DNA of 64,000 nucleotides from Yuukianura sp. NJ FZ-2021 (lineage: Eukaryota), in NCBI GenBank assembly GCA_046563655.1, contig CM102286.1, positions 12,028,001 through 12,092,000 on the forward strand. The letters run 5' to 3'. Under the pieces are notes generated by a model, which made no database searches, had not been told where the DNA came from, and saw only the letters and a list, made by a program, of their open reading frames with translations. Position numbers and translations under genes: made by a program. Of the stretch, positions 12,563 to 26,984 are shown in pieces (within the stretch, counting starts at the first letter, position 1; each line of letters opens with the position of its first letter).

Positions 12563-15500
12563 GTGTCAGGTTACTCCTACATAACTCATCCCCTGCTAAA
12601 TAAGTTATTCTGTGGGAGTCTTCAATTATGCAGAGTGGTTTGGATGAGGATGGAGAGGTAAAAGGCGGGCGAAGCGGTTAAATTTAAATTCTCAAATCGT
12701 AGACGGCGGCAGAATTGAAATCCTATTTAGACACCACTACAACTCCATACTAGTCCTTCACATTACTCTGCCTAACCGCTTAAGTATTAAAAGTGTGGCT
12801 GAGAAAATGGAAGGTGAACAAGGATTTTCCCTTTGAAGTGTTTAAGCTTTCTCCGCAGTCCTCAGACTTCCAAAGTACTTTAGATTGGGTTAGGTTAACG
12901 TTTTTCTCATCGTTCGAAGGCCGCTGGCAGTACTTTGGCACTGGAGGGGATAAAGATGTATTCGGTTGAAGAAAGGGCGGAAGCCGATTTGTATGCATAA
13001 TGCACAACCACATCAATCTTCTGTTGATCTCTTCTTAACTGTAGTCCTCGACATTGGCGCTTCGTTCGCTAGAAAATTCTATTCGGCTGTTTGGTTCCTG
13101 AGTTTAACACTTTGGATTGTCCTGTGGACTTACACTTTCCCCTGTACTATTTTTGTGTGAATTCGTTCTTTGTATCTAGATTTAAAGTCGTCAACTTCGG
13201 TTTCAGGTTCCGGTTATGTACAAAAAAGAAAATATGCAATAGATATTTCCCTAGGAATTCAGGATCCATGCGAAGGAGTTCTTACTAACAAACGGAAGAG
13301 GGAAGTTTCAATTTGAAAATAATCCGCGCCGTATTACTGCCTGGTTGGTCACTTTGTACTAGGAATTGAAAAAAAAAAATTTGAAATCGGGCAGTACAAA
13401 ATTGAGAATTCCAAGTTACGTTTTCGTTTTTGTTCAAATTTAGCACAATTTATTGGTTTTACTCTGTCCAAAATCTAAACTTTCAAAAAATCCTGTTGTT
13501 TTATTGCAAAATTGAAGACAATTTGAAATTTTAGAAATCTTATTGTTGGTTTGGATTTATAAAATAAAGGAGAAAAAGAAATTGCAAACGGCGTTTCATA
13601 TGTTTTTTTTGCAGATATAGACAAAACTCGGCAGCGAAAGTAAAAGTTTTGTTTTAAAATTGAATTCCGCCTGATTCACCATAAGCACAAATACTAGGAG
13701 CCGCCCCTACTGTAATTTTCTCCACACTATAAACTATGCGAAATCTGTTTCATCTGATCACAGAGAAGCGGGAGAAAGAGGAAGATTCAGTTTTCCGGAC
13801 GGATTACTACCAAGGGAATTGAAGCGTCGGATTGGAAGCAAAGTAACGGATTGGATCTCTACTGAATTCAAATTTTGCATAAAATTTACGTCTTTTTTTT
13901 ATTATTCCGCGAGATGGGTTACTTTTTCTTTCGAAATCTTGGAGTAACATTTCAAAAATAAAGTGACATTTCATAAATAATATTTCCATTACAAAGATTT
14001 TCTTTGAGATATCAAATGTGACGGGAAAAATCAAAAGTCTAGTTGGATTTCAATTCCGGCAAAAAAAATTGTTTTGATTTCAAAACAGTATTTTTAGTTT
14101 AAAAGTTCATCTGGTGTAAATGGTGGCGAAACTTTTCGCAAGTTCACTACATGCTAACAGTTGCTTTTACTGTTGCTGTTATTTTTTGAATTTTTATTTA
14201 CTCCGACTTTAATGCTGTTAATCGCAATATTTGGATCAATACTTTCATAAAACGAAAAAACACTTCTATTGACTTCTAGACTGCATTTTCAATTTATCCG
14301 ATCGATTTGGATTCTGAGTGAATGCTGACAAGGCTTTGTTAACTTAAATTTCATAGATTTGCAATAGCATCACCGATAATTGTTTTCAAAGTCATGGATT
14401 TGGGCGAAAACAGTAATTGCGAATTCCGAAAGCTGGCATCATTTACACTTTTTTAGCTTTCATAGCTTTAAAAGTAAAAATGATATAGCTGTCTAGAACA
14501 CTTTTGTCTGATGCCAAATTTATTGAAATTAACCTCAATACTGTTGAAATTACGTAGTAAATCTTTAGATATTTTTTTTAATGCTCAACAATGTAGATTT
14601 CGAGTAAACCAATCTCGAAAGAAAAAAAAAGTTCATGTACTGCTTGGAGAAAAAAGTTGGCAACTCTGAAAGTGACCATTTTTGCACTGTAAAATTAGGT
14701 TTGCTAAAAAGTCCGGTGTGTTAGATTTTATCGGAATGCAGACAGTGTTGCCAATTCTCGAATTCGCTTTCGCGTTAATGATCGTTTGTGTATTTCATGC
14801 CCGTGGTTGACCTTTTCCGGGTTAAAACAAGAGTCGTTTTTTTTTATTTTTCTCGACTATGATATGACCCAATGGTGTGCCGATATGAGCAGTTGTTAAC
14901 AATTGCAGCAAAATTTTTTCCTACTTTTGTACACTGTGGGCCACAACTGGATTTATTTTCTTAAACACGAGATACTATAAATGAATTAATAAAACATTTA
15001 ACAGTGGTGCTCTTGGGTTATGTTTTGTATAGTAGAAAACAATGTGGAGAGTCATCAATCAAAGTGTGAAGGCCACTTCGCTATTATTTATACGTTTTCT
15101 ACCAAGGTTCGCTCTCCCCATCTCCAAACTTTCACCACGGCCACGTCCCGTAGGAACCCAAGGGAAAGTTTTCTAATCCAGGGCTAAATTACCACGCGCT
15201 ACATTAGACTCCGCTACGTTCTAAGAGAATCCGCTTTTCCCTCTGCCTTGATCTAACTTTGATGAATTCCAATCCACAAATAATGTTATAAGTACAAAAA
15301 ATCAAACATAACTTCTGATTTATACTGCCCTCCTAAGAAGTAACACATAATACATCTATTTTTTAATTTACGTTTTTTCCTGTAAAAGGACATGTAGCAA
15401 GCGTAGCATTAGACACTATAATCCCCGTTTTTTAATGTTAACAATTATGTTGCTGAAAATTCGTTAAACACTGAATCAGGCATCTATTTTTGTTCGAATC

Positions 15501-18500
15501 TGAGCTTTACCACGTCTATGTTCTGCTTTGTTTGCTTTTCTCCCAAGTCCATTAACCGTTATGTGCATCTAAAAAGCGCATGTGCCGTGGACTTTCTTTT
15601 TTCTCTATACAATGAGTTCATTGTTTGGCTCGTGTTTTGTAAATAAAGTAGAAATCACGTAACATGAAATAGTAAGCAGCACACGCCGAAACATGCCGTC
15701 GTTTGAACAAACCTAAAAGTAAATAAAGGTATTGCGTCAGAACAGGACGAGCAAAAGTTCCTTTTGGGACGAACTTTCTTTTTCTAAGTTTAAACATAAA
15801 ACCTTCCTTCTTTCCTTTAGTCACAGAAGAACTTCATCAAATTCAAAGGAAGAAAGTTTATTTTGTATAAAGACCAAACGACTTTCAAATTGAGCACATA
15901 AGTGTATAGACTCTTTGAACAAATTTTTGTGGAACAGGAAGACGAACAATCACAAAATTTGAAGAAAGCGAAAAATCTTTGTCGAGGAGAATTTCTTTTT
16001 CAAAAAATAATATTCTTTTTTGAAGTAGAAACTTTTGAAAAGTGAATACAATGGAGGTTTTAGGAAAGAAAAGTCAGTGGCACTGGTCTCGACCTTTCCT
16101 TTTCATTTTCTTCTAGAAGTTATAAGAAGTTTTCAAAAAAACCAAGAGTCAATTCTGGCTTGTCTTTTAAAAAAATCGAATTTTTTTCTTGTACTTTTTC
16201 ATAAAACCGTATGGACATCAAAGTGATAACATCTTCTTCTTTCATACTGTGTAGTCCTTTTATGGTGAAGATTTAGTTTCTAGTTGTACTCAAGTATAAA
16301 AAAATAATGCCAGGAATTTTTCTCCTCCATGTGAAACGAAAAAAAAATGGAATTGGCGTACTTAATGAAAGTGCGAATTGCTTCTCCGCTGATTTTTTTT
16401 TTCAAAAAAGCCGGGCTTTTCTGTAACCGCTTTCACCATAAAACCGAAGAGCTTTTCCTCCTTACCTCCCAAGCTCTTCGAATCCACCCGCCGGAGTTCA
16501 TCGCGGCTTCGGCGACCATCTTCCCGCAACTTTCTCTCAAGATTTGTGCTTTCTACTGAAATCTCCGAAATTCAGGGAAAAGAGGTGTCAAAGACGTTGA
16601 GTGCAAAATGTTGTAAGAACCAAGACTTAAAGTTTGGCGGGACAGCTTTACACTATGAAATGACCCGGTGACAAAGTGATTAAATCCGGGGTGACCTTTA
16701 CTTTGAGGTTAAGTTAGGTTTAAGTAGTTGAATTAACTTAAGAGCGTCTTTCCTTGACATGGTTACAGCGACGAAAGTCCTTTCAGAACTTCCGCTTTCA
16801 ATTCCCGTCTTAACTCAACCTCCTAAAAGTTGAATTTTGAGCTTGAATGGACAAGGAAAGCAAAAGGAGAAAGTTTTACTTCAACACTTTATAGACCTGA
16901 ACTTAGTTGCATAAACATAATTTATTTAATTTAATCATGACATATTAGACTTTTCATAATAAAGTTCACTTTCAACTCCGACCTTAAGTTGTCATAATTT
17001 AGATTCTCCAGCCGTCTAACCCTAAGTTGTGCAGCTTTGCTTACAGTTTGTATATTCCTATAGAGTTGCATTTTATTAAATTTTATGACGGTTGGAGTTC
17101 TAGGTTCAATTTGAACAAATGGACCAACACCGTTGGGTTAATAAAGGAAATGGTGGCTGTTGGACTTTAAACAACCCGCATCCACTTTCTCCTCAAGTTT
17201 CTCCAAGTCCTAAAGCCTTTTGACTCAAACTTAAGACTTGTTTAACCTGTTCTGTTGGGAGTAGGTTAGGCTAAGGTTTGTAAGGACTAGTCCAATAAGT
17301 TCAAGGTTTCCCATACTTTGTTTAAACCAAAGGAAGAAACCTGGAGGGAGACCATTAGAATGGAATTGGAGACTGGGCCATGATGAGGGTCCGTTTTCCT
17401 TTGGGTATTAAAGTCGAAAGAGACATCAACATCACTTTCACTCTCCACCGTTTCCTTCTGCAGCAACAAAGTGAAAGCACTGATTCTAACAAGTTCTGCT
17501 TTTTTCAGGACGTTCCTGGACGCAAACTTATGAACGACTGGGGCAGTGGAAGTATAGTTTTATAGACTAAATTGTGTAATTATCAGTCGTTTATAAGAAT
17601 TATACGAGTTTTGATTTATAACAACTTTAATAAAACACAGGTTTAAAAGTTTCCGTGCAGGTTTATCTTGGAACTAATTTTGCCCAGCTTTGCTCCAGAT
17701 AAGCTCAAGGGACCTGAGAAGGCTAACACTGAAATCTGATTGGTGCAGGAAGAAAGTGGTAGAAATGGGTGGCGAGGGGCCACTCTGTCTTGGCCTAATG
17801 ATACTTTTCCTTTTCAAAAACACGAAAATTTTAGTAGCTTTATTTACCCTAGCGCTAGACAGTAGCATACAAATTCAAATTTCCGGAACACAACTGTATA
17901 AATAAGTTGGACCACGCCCTAACTATTTTCAAACCACCATAATTTTTTAATTAGATTCACAGCATAGCTCAGGTCTGTGGGATTTGCTAAATTGTTTTAA
18001 AAGTGGAATTTTTTTTTCTAACTTTCAGTTTTTTCAACAACAAATGTGAAGAAACATAGAAATTGTTGCGATCAATTTAGTTGTTTAGTTGTTTCGTCTC
18101 CATTTCAAAATTTTCAGCACATTGTAACATCCGTTCCAGATTTGAACATAGTATTGACATAAATTATTTACCAAGAGCTGGCGTTTCCGTTGCAGTTTTA
18201 TTAGATTATTAGCGCGTGGGTATTGGCGTGTTTAATTTTGGAAACATTTTAGCATGCTGTTAGCTGCTTCTGCATAACAACATTTCTGTTTCGGATTTAA
18301 TTTGATATACGAGGCTTTAATTTAGAGCGAAAGCCTTCTCTCGTACGTCTGAGTTTACAACTGAAGATCATTAAATCTCATCTTCACCACAGTTAAAATA
18401 GACTCTAAAGGAAGATGGGGATGTCATTTGACATTTTCCTAAGTTCGTAAACGTGTCTCATGAAAGGAGTGATTTAGATCTTCAAACAGTTTGTTGGCAT

Positions 18501-21500
18501 ACTATAAAGCCAGGAGAAAGTCGTTCTCAAGCTCCAACACTTTCTAGTTTTAGTAGTACGCACATGACGGTGCAAACTTCTGCTCGTAGTAGGAATGTTG
18601 TCGACATGTAATGTTCCATGATACCGCTTGTTTCACACTTACCATTCTCATTGCCACTTTCTCTACTACGCAATTTGGTTTCATTTTCACGGAAAGTGAA
18701 CTAGACTGGCCCGGAGCGTCAAGACTTTTTCGAAAAAAGCAGTTTAGTTTTAAACAGTTTTCAAACTGCTTCAAAGTATATTCCATGCTAAGCTTCATTT
18801 CCATTTCTCCGGGAATGTTTCAAATTTTGAAAAAAGGGATACAAAATTGATGATTCTGTTTTTTTAGCAAGTTCCAACGAAGGACGCTTAGAATCGATCA
18901 AATTTCTACGTTCTAAAAACAGAGATCGTCACTGCGATATTGGAATCTCCGTGAGAAGATCGATTTTGTTTACGAACGTTTCCCCTACTCTTCTCTACAC
19001 GTCATTTCCCTTTTCTGCCAAAATTGAAAAGATATTCACCGCCACACTATGACTTTACTATAAAGTAATGCTAGAGATATTGAATGCCTACGCTATATGG
19101 CACTGAAACAGTGTCAACGAATCGATACTTCCTGGTGGTACGACACCTTTAAGGGACTCCAGGGCCCTTTCATTTGTGGTTTCCTAACATAACCACACAA
19201 AAACACTGAAGTTATGCGAACAGAAGCAAGTTTTGTACTTTTTAGGCGCGTAGAAATTTTCTGTTTTGGCCTGTAGGTCAACAGGTTCTAAAAATGCCAG
19301 GCGGGTTTGGCGCAAACGCAGAAGAGCAATGTTATACACCTCTTTTTTGAAAACGTGTCACGTCACTGTGACATTTGAGATTCACTTTCACCGTCACCAC
19401 GGTCGTTGTCGATTTGAAACCTAGCGCTTCACGCGGTTGTGTGAAGGGGGAAATGGGCCGTGACGATACGCAAAGGAAGAGAAAGCTGAGCTGACACAAT
19501 AATGTGTCAACCTGACTTCCAAAAGTGTCAAGCCACTAATTGAGTTGAACGCGGTTTTGTGTATGAGGCACTCAATGGTTGACGGAAAATAATCTCCTGT
19601 TGGAGTCCACTTAATATTTCCAGACTTTCTTTTTTCTTGTCATGAGACATGATACAAAACAAAACGGAGACACAAAAGGAACACATACGGTGGATTTTCA
19701 TATTTCTGTTTTGATTTATTATTTTTTTGCTGTGTGACATGAAAACGCAAAGTGCAAATCCTCGTTTTGTTTTTGTTTGTTGTTGGGCTCAAACTTTTGA
19801 GAAGTGGTGGTTACCCCATGGGGAGAAAGTTGACACTTTCTCGCCCGCTACATTCCTGCTCTGGTGTGCAAGTGATGACAGAAGCCGTAGATAATTCTGT
19901 CACTAAATATTGCTCCATTTCCCGTCAACAAAGTGTTACCAAAACCGTCAACCGAAAAAACCACAAATAGGATCTCACGCTGCTAGGAACGTCGGTGCTG
20001 CTAGATTACATTGGTGCAATTTGGCGGCAAGCGCAAGTTTCTCTAGGGAAAGTATGGGCGTGAGGACGTAATTATGTCCCACGTGGAGCATGGACGTCGT
20101 AAGAGTGCTTGCCCCTTAGAAGAAAGTCAACATTGACAACAAGCTCCCTGGGACTTCATCATTCAACTCCCCTAAACAGTACTGCTTTCCTCGGTTCAAA
20201 CGGTCAACACCTTTTGGTCAACTACAAAAACGTCAACGGCAAAACACCCCACAAACGCTTGCCAAATTTTGACGCTTGTTTTATGCTGATATAGTGCCGG
20301 TGTGGAAGAATTTTTGTTAGATTTTGGTTTTGAGAAAGTTTTTTTTAGACTTGGGCGTGTACAAAAATTGAAGTTTGCCGCTAGCGTTTGCCCGTTTTTT
20401 GGAAAATCCTATTACAGTAGAATTTTATTTTATGGGGTCCATAACTCAGACTTAATTTCTCAAAGTGACAGGATGATAATAGCAATTTTCCAGCGGGAGT
20501 AGAAAAAAAAGTTCGAAAAAGTGGAGGATCATCATCATCATCGTGTGTGATGAAAAAAGAATCAACATGATCCTAAACAGCATCTGTCGCATGTGAAAGT
20601 GAGGTAAGGCGTTCTACTATCATTACCACAAACGTCCCACTGGCTCGTGTCACCTTTGACCTTCCACTTTCTTCTAAAAGGTCAAAAGGTCACAGTTTCT
20701 TGCTCTTTTTAAACGAGAGTCTTCGCTTGGAAAAGAAAATCCAGGCCTATTTCCGTATCTGCGTAGCTCGCTTCCTTTCCTTTGTATCCGAATTTCAGAA
20801 ACCCGGGAAAGGACAAAGGGGGAAGAGGAATCTGTCAAATCGCTTTTGTTCCAATTCCATTATCTCCGCATGCTTTCCACTCCTCTGCCCCTGCTCTTAG
20901 TACTTTTCTTCTTCAAAATTGAACTCAATTCCCATGGATCCACTCCAAACCAAGCCAAGAGAAAGTCCTTTCTCCAAATGAGCCAAATAATCTTCATGTA
21001 TGCAACAAGAACTAGCATAGGCAGCCAAATCCTCCTGGAATTGCATTTCACATCAACTTTTAAGCAGTACATAGCCTACTTCGAGCGGAAGAAGCAAGCA
21101 TCTAGATGCTGGAAAGCAGCGACTAGCATCTGGAAGCGGCGACTTTAAATTCAGGAGCTCCACTACATGCCGCAGTTTTATTTTGAAAAAATTTGGATTC
21201 CGCCAATCACATTTTCCATTTTAAGCTAGGTCCTTGTCATGCCAATTTTTTTGAAATTATGTAAACCAAGCTTAACCGAGAGTACTGCGTACTCTGGTTT
21301 CTGTGGTAGTGGTAGAGGATTTGATTGTAAAATAAATGGAATTAGAAGGGAGGAATTGGATTAGTAGGTTGATGTTGAATATTCAACTGGGTGCAATTGG
21401 ATGAGGAAACCTCTATAAATATTCATGGGCTTCCTACTAATTAATTTCTCATTGGCGAAAGCTTACACGGGTAGGACCTTACTATGGTTAGGCTCTACAA

Positions 21501-23208
21501 TTCAAGAGGAAAGGCGATCAAGTGGAAATTAAAAGTTCCCACGACCACTTTCATCACTATGGTTGGATAGAGGACGCTTTGCTTTTTATAACGAAACCAT
21601 ACGAACTCTTCTAACCAACATTGTTTCCATTGTTTTCATTCTTTGCCACTTTGAAATTTCCCACGACCCGCTGCTACGCTTTCACGCTCAAGAGATGCCG
21701 AAAGACTAAAGTGAAAGCCAGGAGGGAGAAAGCGATGGAGGTGAAGTGGGAGATTGGAATTCCGGCCTACTTTTTCCCAAGCTTTTCATGTCTTTGTAGA
21801 TTTTTTTTTTGAATTGAGGTTTTCTTTTAGAATGCTTCTGAAACTGGAAGAGATTTGGGCTAGTACTGGTAAAAATTTAATCAAAACTCGAACTTTAATG
21901 TTGACATCGTAATTTAAAAAGTAATCAAATTAGTTTTGCTTAAAAAGGGGATGGAAGCTTGCAAGATTTTTAAAAAAATCAATGAAATGGAAGTGAAAAT
22001 ATGGCGGGAAATTAAAAAATCCTTTGTTTCAGTTTTCAGTTTTATACGAATTGAAATTGTGTTTAGAATGTTCTAGAATGTTCAGTCGCATTCTCAAAAT
22101 TTAAAAGTCATTTTCCACTTACAGATTGATATCAGCAGTAGCATTGTACAGTTTTTTGAAAAATTGCATTCGAGCTTTGAACTTTCAAAAACATGTTTAT
22201 AAAAAAAACTAGATTAAAAACACAGATTATTGAATAAGGAAACTAGTTGGCTAGTTTGTGTTTTTCCTGAGTTTTTCTGGCTGTGGCACTAAACTCCTGA
22301 AGCACTGGACCGATTTTAATTTTGGTTTTACTGTTGATCACTTGATGTCTGAAAATTTTTGTTTCTAATTAAGAATACATTTGATTAACAATTTTTTAAA
22401 AACGAAAACTATAACATAGGTTTTTTTGAATATTCCGACTGGGGAAGAAACGTCAAGACAAGGCCTTGCTAATTTCGAAAACTTTCACTCTTGACTTTCT
22501 CCCGCCGTCCAAACAGACTGTTGAGCCTAAATTAGTTTACAAGTAGGTTGTTAATTTCGTAACTTTTGCAAATTTCTTTCCTTCTGCTGCAGCTCCTTTC
22601 CCTGATTTCATTTCAAGTTAGTAGGTCAATGTGTCTTAATTTTCAACAGCAAACAGTTGCACACTTGCAAACTTGCCACTAATATTTACAAATTGCAATT
22701 AAATTCATTATTAATTTAAAAAATTATGTTGTTTTTAAGTTTTTGGATTTCCTTCAATACTTGAAATTTTTTTAGACTTGTTGCTGTAATTGCTTGTATT
22801 TTATACATTTATTAATTTACTTAAATTATATTAGTAAAAATGATTAAGCGTCGTGTGACCTGCTGGTCTGTGTTTAGCTTTTGCCAGTCAGTGACGAATG
22901 GCATTAGAAAATTTACTAAAAGGGAGTGACGACGCCTCCTGCCTCATTAACTTCCCTTTGTCGTTCAAGTCAATAACATGTCTCGGCTGTTCTAATATTC
23001 CCGCCCTTCGATCTAAAATTCTATTTCGGTAAAGAGTCCAAAGTCCTGGAAGGCTGAAGGAAGATGAAGGGACTTTTGCTCATTATGGCCCTTAGCTTAA
23101 GGGCACTCCGCTCCCTACCGTGTCTCTGTCAATCCATTATTCATAACACACGGAAAACCTGAAGTCCTGCGGCCCATTGTTTATGTTCAGTAGTACACCA
23201 CTTCTTTG

Positions 23209-23235
23209 ATAATAATAATAATAATAATAATAATA
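23209..23235. repeat. (AAT)n microsatellite, about 9 units
   Basis: Direct reading of the sequence. Confidence 0.95.
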
Positions 23236-26010
23236 TACTTCATGCATTTAATTATGTTGTTCCTCCAGCTATTACACAAATAGCTGGAAGAAACCCACTC
23301 GATATAGAAAAGCACGAAATGATTTGACAAATTCGGCCAAAGCTTTACTATTCTGAAAAGGATCTTTTGTGTCAGCCGAAATCTGATTTGTCATTTCTTG
23401 TTGCAGACTTTTGGTTTGCTTTTTTCTTAAGTTAATGTATTTTGAACCTCAAGTGAAAGTCCAATAAGAGAAAGTAGGCCTGGGAATTGGTTCCAATCCA
23501 TTTTGGCGGGAAAGTTTCAAAAAGAAAGTGCGATGGGATTAGACCCTACGACCTTGCCATCAAACCGATTTAGTCCAAAGAATATCAAACCAAAAGTCTC
23601 TAAAGACTCAACTGTCTCAATAGGTTGGACCATTTCCAGTTGGAGTTTGTACGGTGGAAATTGATAGAACAAGATTTTTAGGTTAGGTTATGTTCAGTTA
23701 GGTTAACTTTTTGGTTAGGTTGAGAATGATAGAATGAGATTTTTCTCGTCTTTTTTTTCAGCTCTCAGGAGACAACGTCCTGGTTTGAAAAATGAAAGGT
23801 CAACATTTTGAAAAATAGAGAAAGTGAAATGCATTACCGTTGGTCCAAGTTTACGACTAGTGGAGGATTCCTTACATTTGAAAACAGTTCTTAAGTTAGG
23901 CTTTTTTAGGTTAGGTTTAGCCCAAAGCCAAACTCTCACCTTATGCGTATTCGAGAAAGGAAAGTAAAAGTAGATTCCAAAGTCCTGTGGGACTTTCTTA
24001 CTTTAGAAAAGAGATCAGGCAACTAAAGTGTTATCTGTGGAAACACTCTCTGTACTTTCACTTCCCTTTTCATGTGACCATAAACTTTACCAACACAATC
24101 CGTACAACCATTTGGGCCTACCCTAGTAATTTGTGTAACACATTTGTGAAAATTTGAAAAGTTTTTCAAATCAAATTTTGTGCTCGCAGTTTCATTTTTT
24201 AGAAATTGTAACCGGAAATTTACAAAAAGTGATTAGGTATTTCCGTTTTCTTGGATATTGCTTTTGGAATACCGTTAAAAAATAGAAAATTCCCAATTTC
24301 ATTTAAGTAGCTTCAGTTTTTGGAGAGTTTCTTAAGTGGAAATAACATCGAATGCACAACTTAGACTTCAAGACATTTGAGGGAAAGGAAGGAATAGAAA
24401 AATGCGGGAAAATGAAGACCCGGGACATTAACTTACAGACTTTTCTGTAGGGAAAAAGAATTTTCCATTTGAAATCTTCTGTCTTTTTTTCTCATTTCCC
24501 TAAAGATTGAAAGAAGAAAAGAAAAAAACGAGAAAGGACAAAAATCCTCGAGGATCTCTCTTCCGCCTCTTGCATACTTCTACAAAGTTAAACCAAATTT
24601 GTGCACAGAGATTCTAAAATTCTGGAAAACTGGAATGAACTCTTCTTTTACTAAAAGCTAAAAGAACCGAATCCTAAAGGACTTAGATTTTTCTAGAATA
24701 AAAATTTGAAATAAAAAGCCTAGTCGCATAGCTTAAAGTAAAAGAAAGAACCAAGCATACAATTAATTCACGGTCAATTTAAGTAGATGAGCTCAAGCTG
24801 GAAAATTGCATCTCCTTTAAAAAACTAAAAGCAGATTTGAATTTGGTACCAAATCGCTTTTTTTTCTCGAAATTTTGAATACCAAGACTAACGAGAAGTC
24901 GTTTAGAGTCCATAAATGTCACTCAGTGAGCCCTGAAAATAGAATTTGGAAAAGGGCCTGCCTTTGATTAAAGACGATTGAAGCAAAGTCGATTTTTTTT
25001 TCAAAAATAAAAAACTGTGGAAATAACGGAGCAGCAGAAGGAGAAAGTAGAGAAAGCACGAAATTCCGTATTCTTCTACAACCTAAAGAATTCCCAAGAG
25101 GCGGAAGGAAACAGAAGCGCAAGAAGCACAAGACGGAAATCAATCACACAATGAAGTTGTCTTGTCTCCAACATATTTTTTCGAAAAAAAAAAAATAGTA
25201 AAAAGCTAAGTCAAGCTAAGAATTTTAAGAGAAAAAAGAAATTCGGTTTTAGAAAGCTTTTTTTTTCGTTTTTGAGATACGCAAGGACTAACATTCTGTA
25301 AAACATTTTAGGTTTCTCTTGATTCACTTTGCCCTATGATTTGATACTGGAAAAATTTATTTCCGCTGTGGGATTACTCCACAAACTTACGATTAGTCTC
25401 GAGCTTCTTGGGAATTGGGTATAATATAACTTTGAAAAAGAAATTAGCTTCCAGTGCACGATCATACATTCTGAAATGGAAACGGAAAGTGCAAGTTTTT
25501 CTTTTCAAAAAGAGAAACTCAGAGTCGGGAAAAAATTCTTGTCTCGTTTTCGTGTCGTGTCAGATGCAACGCTGTTTCGAAGCTTTTTTTTTTAAAAAAA
25601 AGAGTTTTACCATTGAAAGGTCAATTTCGTTAAAAAATAAATTGGACACGTCACAGATATAAAAAAAAATTAAATCTGAAAGTTTAGACCAATTATTTCC
25701 AAAAATTGTCCAAGTGGGTAGAAATCACAGTTGCCCCTTTAAATTACATTATTTGAAAAGGCCAAGCTATCATTCTCCAAAAAAGATTTCAAAAATAGAA
25801 AACTTTTGTCATTTTATTACGGAAAGGCTAGTTCTGTTTCCGGACAGGAAACTAATCTAGGGATTCTATTCTGTTTTTAGCCTTTTCTTCGGAAAAAAAA
25901 TAAAGTACAAAACGAGCATTTTCAGAGGCATTTTCCAGCTGCTATTAGCTATGTGTAGTTATTTTAGTTATCTTTAATCAATCTGAAAAAAAACTCAACT
26001 TTCACCTTAA

Positions 26011-26340
26011 GGTTCCTTGCCAATAATCCGAATGAATTGCTCCGAACCGAATTGTTCTAAATGAATTGCTACAACTCCAATTGTTACGAAAGACATATTG
26101 CTCCAAAATGCAAATTGCTCTGAAAATGAGTTTTAAATTCTAGCCTAATCTTACCAGTCTAATTTTATGATTGTTGGCCTAACCAAACTTAATCTTACGA
26201 AGTCCAACCCAACCTACTTACTTAATCTAATTATAATCCTATTTCGTAGAAACTTGGTTTTCGGAGCAATGGCTTCGCAGGAATTCATTCGGAGGTATTC
26301 GCTTCGGAGCAGTTCATTCTAAACAATGGAATGTTACGTT
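26011..26340. mobile_element. Degenerate foldback-type MITE
   Basis: Left ~16-bp subrepeats GAATTGCTCCGAA; right inverted copies TTCGGAGCAAT/TTCGGAGCAGTTC; centre has CCTAA/CCAAC motifs. Ends approximate. Confidence 0.65.
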
Positions 26341-26984
26341 CAACTAAAGCGTCAGTAGCGAAACCTTACAAGGAGAAAACACATTTTTTGATGGAAATGG
26401 TAGCTATTTACTTGAATTTGAAGCAAAATGACTATTGTAAATGTGAACATCGTTTTCGATTTTTTTTTCTTCTCAAAAACCTTTTAACTGAAAAGTTACG
26501 AAGTATTAGAAACTAGAGGAGATAAAATGATTTATTGTTGACACTCAAAACCTAGTTGGCTGCTGTTCGGAAGGAGCGGCGAGACTCATATTTTCACCAA
26601 AAGTTTCCTTCCATGTCAATTTCATGATCCAAATCGCCTCGAAAACTTTTTTGGAATTGAATCAAAAGGTGTCTGCGCATGACCATAAACAGAAATTTCT
26701 GCTTTTCAGTTTCAGATTAGCTTTCAAATCTGTTCTCGCTCAGTTTTCACTTTGTAATTTTCATGCATAGCTTTGATGCTTTCACTTTCTAACAAAACTT
26801 TTAACAACTAGAATTTCACAGCATATATTCTATGTTTCTCTATTTATTCAGTGTGCTCGCGCTCGCTCATCATCAAAAAATTCTTAGAACAAGAAAAGTT
26901 TTGTGTTTGAGTTGCTTTTCGTGTCTTTTAAAGCTGAAATTTTGTTCTATTTTTTAGAAATACTTTTTTGAAAGTTAGGCTTAC

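Noticed and set aside
11852..12603. W/R/G-rich ORFs
   Set aside because: Translations of the foldback subrepeats.
23678..23925. TTAGG-like runs (also near 16705, 37640-37700, 48078) as interstitial telomere
   Set aside because: Only 2-4 imperfect units each; more likely repeat-element debris.
257..26516. Numerous 60-140 aa F/K/L-rich ORFs in the left part of the window
   Set aside because: Composition reflects A/T tracts, many use non-ATG starts, and none shows a recognisable domain or exon chain.
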